DNA of 63,691 bases, the filler included, from Globobulimina sp. (taxonomy: Eukaryota), in NCBI GenBank assembly GCA_003354225.1. It is 12 parts of 12 records of this genome, joined end to end, with 100 filler letters (N's around TTAATTAATTAA, not from the genome) between each part and the next. Parts side by side here need not be neighbours in the genome. Positions count along the whole stretch, not along the records: positions 10,654 to 15,878 come from PIVH01000664.1; positions 15,979 to 21,199 come from PIVH01000665.1; positions 21,300 to 26,517 come from PIVH01000666.1; 9 more parts are not named here. The stretch is one strand, 5' to 3'. Under the pieces are notes generated by a model. It was given only the letters and a program-made list of their open reading frames with translations. It ran no database searches and was not told where the DNA came from. Of the stretch, positions 12,272 through 24,040 are shown one piece after another (position 1 is the stretch's first letter; each line of letters opens with the position of its first letter). The position numbers were made by a program, and so were the translations under genes.

Positions 12272-13489
12272 ATGGTAGAAACATGGCAACTTACAATGTT
12301 ATCTGGATTATGCATTGTTGCTGTAATCTGTTGGTACATATGTTTATACACAATATATTGTTTATGCTGCAAAAGGAAGCAAATACTTGAAGACAAAAAA
12401 GCAGTCATTCTCACAGTAATATGTTTACTGTTACATGGCGTCAATGCTTTATTAGACCCCTTTGGTTTTTATTATTACCAAATGTCACCCAACGATTCGG
12501 TAAAAACAGTGATATATAATGTATGGAGTGGTGTATGGACATTAAGTAAATTAACTTTATATTTGGTATACATCTATAGATTGCATATAACATTCAATAA
12601 TACACATTCGTCCTACAGCTATTCCTATAAACTCTATTTCCCCATATCATGTATTATAATGTTATTATGCATTGTCATGGTGTTTTATATCGCGGTACGA
12701 AAAGAGTTTGATGAGGACAGTGACTTGGCGTTAATTTCAAGCACAGTGTTTATAGTATTTGATTTTGTGTTGATTATTGTCATTATGATATTGTTTATTA
12801 TACCAATTGCGAAATTAATTAAAAATTTAAAATCAAATTCGCAGAATATTATGATACCAAATCTCTTTAATATGGATATCGATGTTGATGTGGCCATGGA
12901 TATCAATCAAAATGCATATGGCTTAAAACAGGAAGAGACCGATATCTCTCTATTTGTTGAGAACAGCATGGATTTCGCCATTATGTCGAAAACGTATAAA
13001 GAAAAAGAAGAGTCACTGACAAATAAAGAAAAGGAAATTATATCATTGTCATCATCATTCAATTATAATTTAGATAAAACATTTAATTCGATACCAAATG
13101 AGTTTAATACATTTAATTCATACGCAAATAATGCAAATAGTAATAGGACGCATATGTATGGATCGTTGGAAGTATTTACTAAAAAAATACCGAAATGGAA
13201 CTATAGGCAGCAATTATTATTAGCGTTTACTACACGTTTAGGATTATTAGCAATTATATGTTTAGTATCGTCGTTTTTTTATCAAATTACATGGATTATT
13301 GCAATTTTAACGCATCACAAATTGGTTAACATCTATTGGTTTACATATACGTGGAATATTGATATGTTAATAAATATAATTGCATTGTTTCTGTCATTTA
13401 GATTCACAAATACCTTGTATGAAAAAGTATGCATTGATACATGTCGATGGCATCAAGCTTGCATGAAATGTGTCAGTTTTATGATTTGA
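12272..13489 (+). CDS. Seven-TM-like (GPCR-like) membrane protein with a long third intracellular loop
   Basis: Five hydrophobic helices, a polar loop of roughly 130 aa, then two more helices. The likely start is ATG GTA GAA at 12272; the ORF track starts at 12182. Confidence 0.6.
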   Translation: MVETWQLTMLSGLCIVAVICWYICLYTIYCLCCKRKQILEDKKAVILTVICLLLHGVNALLDPFGFYYYQMSPNDSVKTVIYNVWSGVWTLSKLTLYLVYIYRLHITFNNTHSSYSYSYKLYFPISCIIMLLCIVMVFYIAVRKEFDEDSDLALISSTVFIVFDFVLIIVIMILFIIPIAKLIKNLKSNSQNIMIPNLFNMDIDVDVAMDINQNAYGLKQEETDISLFVENSMDFAIMSKTYKEKEESLTNKEKEIISLSSSFNYNLDKTFNSIPNEFNTFNSYANNANSNRTHMYGSLEVFTKKIPKWNYRQQLLLAFTTRLGLLAIICLVSSFFYQITWIIAILTHHKLVNIYWFTYTWNIDMLINIIALFLSFRFTNTLYEKVCIDTCRWHQACMKCVSFMI

Positions 13490-13613
13490 TTTTGACCGCT
13501 ATTATAAATGTTGAATGTATTGTACTTTTTTCAAAACAAAACTCAAAACAAAAACCTTGTGTGTAAGTGTAATCATCAATGAACCCCTTCCAAAAATAAA
13601 ATCATAATTCAGG

Positions 13614-14911
13614 ATGAACATCAATTACATCATCAACCGAGCAATCCACCACACCCATCACTTGAACCAACGCATTCCCACTGTACCTCCCTCCCAATCA
13701 ATAATCCATCCACTATGCAAACGCAGCACCTCCACAGACATGAAAAAACCACGCAAATGGATCCCAGCCGAAATGGATGTGCGTGGCATCACTCATCAAT
13801 GGACCAAACACGCAAAAGAAACAATCAACAGAGGTATGCTTCAGATTATAAAATATGAAATTTCTGGAACACACAGCCACACACAAACAAAAAACAAGAG
13901 CCAATCACCCAATTCATTTATCACGAACCAGAACCAGACTGGAAACTAATCCGAACCACTCCGACCAATCCGCGCCAAATGGGGCAACAAAAAGCGTGGC
14001 AGCCCGTGCCAGGCCTACGTAAATTGCGTGGACATACACCCGGTTCGCGTCGGGCTATATTGCCCGACATGGCCTGTCTATGGAACCATGAGTCTGCAGA
14101 AGCGTTAACTGCACGCATCCCGAAGTCCGGCGGGCGATATTTTACCGGCAAAATAACCACACGGCATCGCGGCGGCAAATGCTCTGTCAAGAAATGGTAC
14201 AAAGTCATCGATTTCAAGCGCTCCATTATCGACGAAGAGGGCGTGATTGAACGCATCGAATATGACCATCCCAATCGGACTTCGTACATTGCATTGGTGC
14301 GCTATCCAAAAACAAACCGGATCCAATATATATTGCCCGTGGAAGGGCAGCAATGTGGCGATGTGGTGTTGAGCACGAAAAGCGAACCAAAATACTTCCG
14401 CAGAGGCTTTGCTATGCCATTGAAATATGTGCCGGACAAAGCATCCATTTGTCAAATCGAGTGCGACCCGGGAAAGGGAGCACAGTTAGTTCGCTCTGCG
14501 GGCACTGCGGCAAAGTTATTGAATAAGAATGGCACGAAGCGAGGCTTTGGTTTGGTGGAGTTGCAAAGCAAAGAGTTGCGCCTATTTGATTTGGAATGTA
14601 TGTGCGTGTTGGGTCGGTGCAGCAATATTTACCACAATAAGATCAATTGGGGGAAAGCTGGGAATCGGAGGAAGTTAGGCTGGAGGCCCTATGTGCACGG
14701 CACTTGCATGAATGCAGTGGACCATCCGCATGGCGGTGGCAGCAAACATAAGAGGACGAGGCCTTTTCGGGGCGGGGGCCGGAAAACTAAGTGGGGGCAA
14801 GGAATGATGGGCGAGAAAACGAGAGCGTTGCGGAAAGAGAGAGTGCCCATTGATATGCAAAGAGTGTTGAAACGGAGACCCAGACATTTCAAACCTGGAC
14901 AGTTGTTTTAG
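13614..14911 (+). CDS. MRPL2: Nuclear-encoded mitochondrial ribosomal protein uL2m with an N-terminal extension
   Basis: GKITTRHRGG, IEYDHPNRTSYIALV, GAQLVRSAGT, GKAGNRRKLGWRP and MNAVDHPHGGG. Intron 13834..13898 links ORF 13614 to ORF 13979. Confidence 0.9.
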
Positions 14912-15039
14912 AAATAATGAATACAATTTGTAAACAAATCAGAAACGAGAATCAATTGCTAAATGTGATTTGCATGATTCCAATTTTGTTTTGTCAATAA
15001 AAAGTATATCCAAACCCACGATAAGTAGCAACTTTTTGT

Positions 15040-15878
15040 TCAATGTTCACCCCTTTTCAGATAGAAAAACTGAAAATGATCAGTAATGTCACCGGCCTTT
15101 ACAGCTCTAAAAAATACGTATACAGAATCACCATAGTTAAAAAGGGATGCATCTACAACACGAAGCGGAGTCTGTACTTCACCACATATTTGTGAGAAGA
15201 CCGAGCCACTCCCAATAAAACCACCACTTTGACAGCTTATATATCTCTGCTCCACTGAAATCCGTCTAATTTGCAAAGCAAACGCAGCGGCCGGCTCACA
15301 TGGCCAATGTACATAATCGCGTCCAAAATGCAATTTAAGTCATATTCATTGTATACATTGCTTCTGTGGCTGCCCAATCGCAATCCAATACACTTTATTC
15401 GATTCTGTATGATATATCTAAATCGATGCATATATTTACTTTATTCATAGAACCATTTGGTGTGTTTGAGCCAGCACTGCCACAATATAATGAGGTGCAT
15501 ATTTTATCAATGATCGATACGAATATGTTGCACACAGTCCACCATTAACGAGATTTTTATTCCTTTTTCTGTCAACTTATATGCTGTTGAAATATCGCCA
15601 TGTTGCACCGTTGGGAATGCAATTAGATCATTGTCATCCTGTTTTTTTGCTTCATACATTGCATATTCTACCAATACATTTGCTTCGTGCACACTGGAAC
15701 ACAAAAGTCCTAAATCATAGAGCATGCGTATTCATATATTCGTATATGTCACTATATTGTATACTTTAGAATAGGACGTGTTTAGAACACTTTTCTTTTG
15801 AAATTGTATACTTTATCCTAGCACTGTATGTAAATCTCCATAGGATTTTAAATTGTTTAAACACGCGGTATTCTAAAC
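15040..15878 (-). pseudogene. Fragmented fold-type III PLP enzyme (alanine racemase N-domain; D-amino acid aldolase/deaminase family)
   Basis: GLLCSSVHEA, DLIAFPT, ISLMVD, PAAAFALQIRR, GGFIGSG, GEVQTPL and FFRAVKAGDITDHF. The pieces lie in different frames and are shorter than expected. Confidence 0.55.
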
Positions 15879-15978
15879 NNNNNNNNNNNNNNNNNNNNNN
15901 NNNNNNNNNNNNNNNNNNNNNNTTAATTAATTAANNNNNNNNNNNNNNNNNNNNNNNNNNNNNNNNNNNNNNNNNNNN
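15879..15978. other. Artificial contig-join spacer
   Basis: N44-TTAATTAATTAA-N44. Confidence 0.98.
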
Positions 15979-16321
15979 TATTCTTATTATCATTGCAGTG
16001 CATAATCCAGTGATCACCACACAATTTGCAAATATGACAATGGTAATTTGGTGGAGGACGGGATGCAGATTCTTTGGCAGTGATTCCCATAATGAAATTA
16101 ATTAAGTGCTTGTTGCTGACAAAGTTGATTGAGAAAGGTTTTGTTTTGTTTTGTTTTGTGTTTAAAATGTATGAGTGTTGATCCTCACTTACTCTCTTTC
16201 TTTTTTGTATTATTTGCTAAACAATCATCAACATGTTTCAACGTTACGCTCATTTATAATTAATTTTATATTTAATTTTCATAAAACCATATTGCGGTTT
16301 ATGAGTTTTTAGAAGTAGCAT

Positions 16322-16600
16322 TTAACACAAATTTGTATGTATAACAAGACTGACAGCACATGGAGTTTCTGTATAAGACACCAAATAACTCGGCACTGCA
16401 CCTCCACAATTCCATTGCACCGTAAATAAACTATCGATACTACATAGCCTGCCACCAATATATTGAAATATCCACACATTTATTTCTGAATCATAATAAT
16501 ATTTTGTATAACGTTCATCAACAGACATCCAGCTTGCAATTCTTGCATCAGTAAAGCTATTATTATTCCCATCACATCTCATCGATGGACAATATTGGGA
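16322..16600 (-). CDS. 3' fragment of an MRH (mannose-6-phosphate receptor homology)-like protein
   Basis: FQYIGGRLC...FTVQWNC...TETPCAVSLVIHTNLC has the MRH Cys pattern. No convincing 5' end. Confidence 0.35.
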   Translation of the reverse strand, partial: SQYCPSMRCDGNNNSFTDARIASWMSVDERYTKYYYDSEINVWIFQYIGGRLCSIDSLFTVQWNCGGAVPSYLVSYTETPCAVSLVIHTNLC

Positions 16601-18013
16601 GCATCAATTAAATGATGAAGTTGCCAATGTGGTCAATATGTTAACTACCAATTTTCAAACAACTTCAACGATTAAAAAAGTCTCATTCAACGCTCCATAC
16701 AATGAAATTATTGACAGTGGTTCCGGTAAAAGACATCCTTTGCTCCGATTACCAACCACAGCCTCCACATATTTATATGACGCAGACTGTGTGACTGGCA
16801 ATGCAACGGATTATGCCGCCACATTGGATCTGTTGATTCAGAATGTTACATCTCAAGGTATCGCTGTTGCATATGACTTACATTGGAATTGCCCTCAACC
16901 ATCAAAGTTGCAATGTGCATGTATGTAATGTACAAATTTATAAATCAATTATACAGCAAACACAGTATATTAATATTCTCAGTTGAAGGTCCCGCACCAT
17001 TCGCATTGAGAGAATTTGGTTCAGGCAATCCGGGAGCATTGGAATATTGGGATGTGATTTCTACAAAATATGCCTCAAATCCTTACGTATTTTATGAATT
17101 ATACAATGAGCCATTTTTCAAAGCAGGAATGGATAATTTCAATGTATATTACAATGGCAGTTCTGAGTATGTTGGGGTTGCGGAGATGTATAATATGATA
17201 AGAAACAATGACCCGACCGGATTGATCATAATTTCTGGAATGCAACAGTATGCATTTGATGCAGCGACACAAATCGCATTTTATTTGAAATATTATCAGG
17301 ATTATGGTGCTTATCCAACGAATGTGGTTTGGAATTATCATCCATATCAAGCACAGGGCCAAGGTCTGGAGAAAGCAATCCAGGGAACATTGCGGATGCT
17401 GTTGGCTGGAAAGCAAATTGGTCCGGTCATGTTTACGGAGTTTGGCCAAGCGTGCTGTGGTGCGAATGTACAGAAATGCCCAAATGGTGCATCTGGACCG
17501 TGTGTTAATCATAATACGGGAGACTCGTTTGTTTATAATGTGGTGAATATGGCATATCAATACGATGTGTCATGGACAGCGTGGGCATGGTTAGGACCGT
17601 TGGTTTATGATTGTAATAATTTGCGAACATGTTATACTCTGAGGAATGAGGATGGAGCATATGTCGCCAATGGTACTTGGGGTGGAGCTCCGTGGGCATT
17701 GGTCTGGGATAATTATGTAAATAATGCAAATCCGACAGTTGGTGATAGACAAAAAGATGCAACGTCAGTGAATGTTGAACCTACTGTTCATGAAAATGAC
17801 GGATATTTGCCAAGACCGTGTATTATGGGGGATTACAATTTGCAATCTTTCTGTGGATTGGACACAGCCATAAGTATTACAGCCATGAATTACAGTGTAT
17901 TTGCAGCGGATTCTATATATCAATCTGTTTTGCCTGGAATGCCACCCAAAGGAAAATGTGCGAGTCAAGGATGCCCATCACATCCATGCAGGACTTCTCC
18001 TCTTTGTGCGTAA
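16600..18013 (+). CDS. Glycoside hydrolase family 5 (cellulase-like) with a Cys-rich tail; 5' end unresolved
   Basis: YDLHW, acid/base motif VFYELYNEP, YHPY, nucleophile motif VMFTEFG and SWTAWAW. Intron 16921..16982. Confidence 0.85.
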
Positions 18014-18983
18014 TACATTTTGATAATAATTTGAAACACGGAAACCTTTGAATTCTCCTCGCACACTGAAGATGGCGACCACTTTCTCTTTACGCAAAAT
18101 TCTTGACATAAATACATACTTTACCTCACTGCAGTCACAAAGAAAATTAGCTCAATAGTTGTGACTGCAGCACTGCGGTGTGGTGAGTAAATGGGATTAT
18201 ATGATCATAAGTACCGTTTGCAATTGATATCCAATAGAAAACAAAACAAATAGCAGAGATTAAAAATAACTCTGAAAGCTAACTAAATATGTAAAGTAAC
18301 ACCACGATCAGCGGGTATGCAACATCGCGAAATCTAAAATCGTTTTGCCGCGAAAATCACAACGAAAATCGCGAAAGTAATGTTTACTGAAACCCTGGCT
18401 GAAAGAAGAAGCAAAGCGAGTAACCGGTGGTTGGTATATTGATTGTTGACTATTGTGTGTGTGTGTGTTATCATTTAATGATTAATAATGATTAAAAAGT
18501 CACAATAAATAACAAAACACATAAAAAACAACAAGCACATGGAACTTGTTTGAGATTTTGTCAGTATAGATGACTAATCGCCAAAATCAAAATGCTTGTA
18601 ACTTCCGCAATACTGATGCTATCCAAATTCTTTGGGGTGCAAAATGTATATAATTGAATTCTGCATCTTTTCTGCTAAAAATTTTTTGTCGCGGAGGTTT
18701 CAAAAAAATCAACATTTGACATTTCTACCTCCACTATACCTCCAGTTTTTTTCGAAAATTTAAATGCAAGCATATATAGTTAAATGCTCCATAAAAAAAA
18801 ATATTTTGGATTCTTATCAGTAGGCTTGAAAAGTAGTTCTTCCTCGCAAAAGAAAAGTAGTTCTTTATTTAGGGTGTCAAATTGGCTCAAGAAACAAAAG
18901 CTGAGCGTCAAAATCTGTATATGTAAGTCCAACAGTTTTCTGGTTTAAAATTAAAATAAAGCCACTTTTCTTTTTACTGAAGC

Positions 18984-20693
18984 ATGATGCTTTCTTTCTT
19001 GTTCATTTCAATAGTTTATTGCGTGATGTTGGATGCTATATGTATCGATAAACCTGATCAGTTTGATCCATCATGGATCAGAATTAAGAGAACAAATCCT
19101 AACACATCAATTGAACTTTTATTTGCATTGAAACAGCAAAACACTAACGTTTTGACAGAGACCTTATTAAACGTATCCACTCCTTCTCATCCAAACTATG
19201 GAAAACATTTATCAACAAAACAGATCCATGAAATGGTAGCACCCTCAAACTCAACTATCCAAACAATAAAACAATGGTTATTATCTTTTAATATTCAAAA
19301 ATATAACATCAACTACAAAACAATAAATGGAGATTTCTTAACTGCATTGACCACAATAAAAACTGCACAAACTTTACTTCATTGCAACTATTACGACTAT
19401 TATAGCAGCAAAATAGGACAACAATATATCGTATCCAGACTTGAAACAAATTGCAATTATGACATTCCACCAAATATTGCAAAACATTTAGATTTCATAT
19501 CGCCAACAAAACGTTTCCCATCAACCAAACATATAAAAACCTCCTCTGAGTCTACTCCTTCTCATTCACAGTTATTCAATGATGTGACACCTGCATTTAT
19601 CCAACAATTATATCAAATAAATAACACCAAAGGCAAATCACCACTCAATAAACAGGGAATCGCTTCGTTTCTGGGACAATATTTCAATAACTCCGACATT
19701 GTAGCTTTTTGGAACGAATATAACATCTCAAACAATATTAACTCAGTAACCAGGATATCAAACAACGGCACTCAACCAACAGGCCATGGCATCGAAGCGT
19801 CCATGAATACGGAATACATGACATCCATTGCTCAATCCATCCGCACCGAGATCTGGTACACTGCAGACATTGCAATTGGAAATAACAAAGTCATCACAGC
19901 AGAGCCGTTCTTGTTGTTTTTACTGAACCTATTAAACAGCACCAACCCTCCATGGCTATTTGCACTGAGTTATGGCGATTATGAATTTAATTTAGGCTAC
20001 GAATATTGCGCCAGATGCAACACAGAATTTGCTAAATTGGGCGCAATGGGCATTTCCATGCTAGTATCGAGTGGTGATTATGGCGTCGGAGATGATGAGC
20101 AATGTTGCGCTCGACAGCCGGCACAATTTTGTCCCATGTTTCCAGCGTCGAGTCCCTTTGTAACGGCTGTGGGCGGAGTGACTGGCGGCTATGTCGGGCA
20201 ATCACCAACGGGAGAATTTGCATGGCATCCCAGCGGTGGCGGATTTAGTAATTTCTTCGCAATGCCACAGTATCAAATGGACGCAGTGCGGTATTTTATT
20301 CAACTGTCAACGGACATGAATCGATTGCCGGACGAGGCGCTATGGAATCAAACGGGGAGAGGCTATCCGGATCTATCTGGACAGTCATATTTGTGCGATA
20401 TTGTTGTGAATGGTACATTGTCGGGTTTTAGCGGTACTGGATGTGGCGTGTCTATTGTTGGCGGAGTGTTTTCATTGTTGAATGATTGGAGGTTTCAATA
20501 TAATATGAGCTCATTGGGATGGCTGAATCCCTTCATATATGATGTTGTTATGTATGATAGTTTGGTGTTTCCATCATTTCATATTTATTTCAGTCATATC
20601 ATTGACGAATATTGTAATATAGTGATGTCTGTATGTTTTGTGCTGGTTGGTTTGCATTTATTTTTTTTATCTCGCATTTATTATTTTTTTTAA
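18984..20693 (+). CDS. Secreted S53 (sedolisin / tripeptidyl-peptidase I) homologue with substituted catalytic residues
   Basis: Signal peptide, prodomain (VSTPSHPNYGKHLS), SYG, SSGDYG, FPASSPFVTAVGG, SGGGFSN and GRGYPD. The triad positions read EASMN and SGTGCG. Confidence 0.9.
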   Translation: MMLSFLFISIVYCVMLDAICIDKPDQFDPSWIRIKRTNPNTSIELLFALKQQNTNVLTETLLNVSTPSHPNYGKHLSTKQIHEMVAPSNSTIQTIKQWLLSFNIQKYNINYKTINGDFLTALTTIKTAQTLLHCNYYDYYSSKIGQQYIVSRLETNCNYDIPPNIAKHLDFISPTKRFPSTKHIKTSSESTPSHSQLFNDVTPAFIQQLYQINNTKGKSPLNKQGIASFLGQYFNNSDIVAFWNEYNISNNINSVTRISNNGTQPTGHGIEASMNTEYMTSIAQSIRTEIWYTADIAIGNNKVITAEPFLLFLLNLLNSTNPPWLFALSYGDYEFNLGYEYCARCNTEFAKLGAMGISMLVSSGDYGVGDDEQCCARQPAQFCPMFPASSPFVTAVGGVTGGYVGQSPTGEFAWHPSGGGFSNFFAMPQYQMDAVRYFIQLSTDMNRLPDEALWNQTGRGYPDLSGQSYLCDIVVNGTLSGFSGTGCGVSIVGGVFSLLNDWRFQYNMSSLGWLNPFIYDVVMYDSLVFPSFHIYFSHIIDEYCNIVMSVCFVLVGLHLFFLSRIYYFF

Positions 20694-21199
20694 ATCAACA
20701 CCATATCAAATATCAACTGAAAAGTTTCATTATTGTAATGTTTTATGTGTTATCTCATCGATATTGTCATGTATTGGAATGTTTAGCTTTTCCTAACCAA
20801 CCATTTATTTTGCGTCAAATAATGAGAAATATAAAATGTGTCATCTCTCTTCACCAACAAATATGCGTATGAATAGTTATATTTTTTTTATTTTTTTTTT
20901 CGTCAAAACTTTAAGAAATCAATTTAAGATTTCACCCATTTTTACAGACAAAAATGAGGGCCTTATGCAGGAATTTGCATCCTGTTATCAAAGCTCAAAA
21001 AAGATACTAAAAGTCTGCCTCTGCCTTGATTTATAAAATCACTGCGAAGGTAGATAAAAAAAACAAATTTTCTCATTCAATACACACAAAATAAAACTAA
21101 AAATAACGAGATCGAGAAAAAACAGAAGACAACAACAAAAGAAAAGGCTGGTGATAAGCTAAGGCTGCCACGACCGTTTGATGAGTCTCTGCTTAATAT

Positions 21200-21299
21200 N
21201 NNNNNNNNNNNNNNNNNNNNNNNNNNNNNNNNNNNNNNNNNNNTTAATTAATTAANNNNNNNNNNNNNNNNNNNNNNNNNNNNNNNNNNNNNNNNNNNN
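21200..21299. other. Artificial contig-join spacer
   Basis: N44-TTAATTAATTAA-N44. Confidence 0.98.
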
Positions 21300-22467
21300 C
21301 ATATTTACCGCAGGTCTGCGATCTTCTAAATAGCCTTTTTGATCAACCTCACATTGCCGAGGAATGCGAATCGACGCACCGCGATCAGCCACACCATATT
21401 TAAATGTATTAATATCCGCAGTCTCATGATGTCCCGTTAACCGCTCATCGTTATCTTTACCGTATACGTCCATATGCAAATCATGGACTTTTTCTAATTT
21501 CTCAATTGCGTCGATAATAGCATCAAACCCACCCTTTTCTCGCATCGCTTTCGTAGAATAATTAGTATGGCAGCCAGCGCCGTTCCAGTCTCCTTTAATC
21601 GGTTTTGGATCGTAAGAAATGACTACCTCAAAATCTTCAGCAACTCTGTTTAAAATATACCTCGCTAACCACATTTGGTCGCCACTGTCAATGCCGACAC
21701 ATGGACCGCATTGAAACTCCCATTGACCGGGCATTACTTCCGCATTTATGCCGGAAATGGTCAAACCGGCATACAAACACGCTCTATAATGTGCTTCTGC
21801 GATATGGCGACCATACGCTACATTCGTACCAACTGAACAATAATATGGACCCTGTATACAACACAAATATATTAAAATGTATGAATGTCCGTGAATAAGT
21901 ATAATATATAACTTGTGCTTTGGGATAGCCATATTTTGGCCATCCTAATGGAGTGGTGCCAGTACTATCAAATATTGTGTATTCCTGTTCGATGCCGTAC
22001 CATGGTTCTTGTTCGACCACTTCTTTTTCTTCAAAAACTTTTGCCGCAGCGGACCGGTGGTTGGTTTCTATTGGTTTTAATGTTTTTGCGTCTAAAGTCT
22101 CACATAAACATAAAATGTTATCGCCGCCACGGAATGGATCACGTACATATTTTACGGGCTGTAGCCATATTTCAGAATAATGTCCTTCGGCTTGATTTGT
22201 CGACGAACCCTTAATTATTTGTATCGTTATTGTTGTTTTTTATGCATGAATTTAATTAGTTAATTTCAGATATTTGCATACATCGTAATTCCAGCAAGGT
22301 ATTTGGTTGATATTGGTTACTTTTTTAGGTAATGTTCTTGTTTTCGCTCGAATATCTAAGCCGTTACCACCAATCCAAATGTATTTACATTGAACTTTGC
22401 CAAATTGCTCTAGATTTAAATATTTATATAATGTTTCATAATTTTTACCAACTAATGATAGTTCCAT
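21300..22467 (-). CDS. GLN1: Glutamine synthetase type II, copy A (3 exons, 3'-truncated)
   Basis: [57 protein letters not shown] and YLEDRRP. Introns 22281..22210 and ~21912..21853. Confidence 0.95.
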
Positions 22468-22633
22468 TTGGAGAGAGAGAGGCTCGAGAAGTAACGGAAA
22501 GGATTGAAAGAAGGAAAGGAATGAAGATGTTTTTTAAAAATAACTTAAATAAATAACCAAAAAAACACAAACCTAGCCTTACGTTTTTCTCTTCGTCCAT
22601 TCCTCAACCTACACCACCTCGCCGTATTTAATT

Positions 22634-24040
22634 ATGTCCATAACAGATCTAAGCAAAGGTAAAAATTATACTGCAATGTCTCACTATTTAAATTTGGAGC
22701 AACACGGCAATATTCAATGTGAATATATTTGGATCGGGGGCAGCGGTTTGGATATTCGCGCTAAAACCAGAACATTACCTAAAATCACAGATATTAAGCA
22801 AATCCCTTGTTGGAACTATGATGTATGTAAATGTCCGAAATAATATAAATTTATTAACAAATTTCATGCATAAATAACAATATAAATAAGGGTTCATCGA
22901 CAGATCAAGCCGAAGGGCATTATTCTGAAATATGGCTACAGCCCGTAAAATATGTACGTGATCCATTCCGTGGCGGCGATAACATTTTATGTTTATGCGA
23001 GACTTTAGATGCAAAAACATTAAAACCAATAGAAACCAACCACCGAGGTAATGCATCCCAGATATTTGAAGAAAAAGCAGTGATGGATGAAGAACCATGG
23101 TATGGCATCGAACAGGAATACACAATATTTGATAGCACTGGCACCACTCCATTAGGATGGCCCAAATATGGCTATCCCAAAGCACAAGTTATATATTTAC
23201 GCATATTTATACATATTTACGCACTCCATACATTCGTGTGTAAATGGCTAACATTTGTGTTGTATACAGGGTCCATATTATTGTTCAGTTGGTACCAATG
23301 TAGCGTATGGTCGCCATATCGCAGAAGCACATTATAGAGCGTGTTTGTATGCAGGTTTGACCATTTCTGGCATAAATGCGGAAGTAATGCCCGGTCAATG
23401 GGAGTTTCAATGCGGTCCATGTGTTGGCATTGACAGTGGCGACCAAATGTGGTTAGCGAGGTATATTTTAAACCGAGTTGCTGAAGATTTTGAGGTAGTC
23501 ATTTCTTACGCTCCGAAACCGATTAAAGGCGACTGGAACGGCGCTGGCTGTCACACTAATTATTCTACGAAATCAATGCGAGAAAAAGGCGGGTTTGATG
23601 TTATTATTTCTGCCATCAAGAAATTAGAGAAAGTGCATAAAAAACATATGGCCGCCTATGGTAAAGACAACGATGAGCGGCTAACGGGACATCATGAGAC
23701 TGCGGATATTAATACATTTAAATATGGTGTGGCTGATCGTGGTGCGTCGATTCGCATTCCTCGGCAATGCGAGGTTGATCAAAAAGGCTATTTAGAAGAT
23801 CGCAGACCTGCGGCCAATATGGATCCATATATTGTGACATCGATGATTGCAGAAACGACCATTTTAACTCCCGATGTAAATGAGGTGATATCGAAGAAGG
23901 AGTATGATGTGGTACCCATTGAAGACAGTGAGAGTGGTTTATGTTTGATGGACGATAATAAAATCACAAAGGATATTACACAAAAAATTGAGGCCATAGC
24001 ACAGATTTCTCAGCAATTATTACACCAATTAAATCAATAA
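22634..24040 (+). CDS. GLN1: Glutamine synthetase type II, copy B (3 exons, complete, with a C-terminal extension)
   Basis: Same GSII motifs. Exons 22634..22822, 22891..23187 and 23270..24040. Confidence 0.96.

Noticed and set aside
13614-14911. Bacterial contaminant or organellar rpl2
   Set aside because: It has a spliceosomal intron and a long N-terminal extension, and has no ribosomal operon neighbours.
21300-23820. GS inverted pair as a pure amplification fold-back artifact
   Set aside because: The copies differ in N-termini, intron sequences and several coding patches, and the spacer is not palindromic. A simple fold-back is therefore unlikely.
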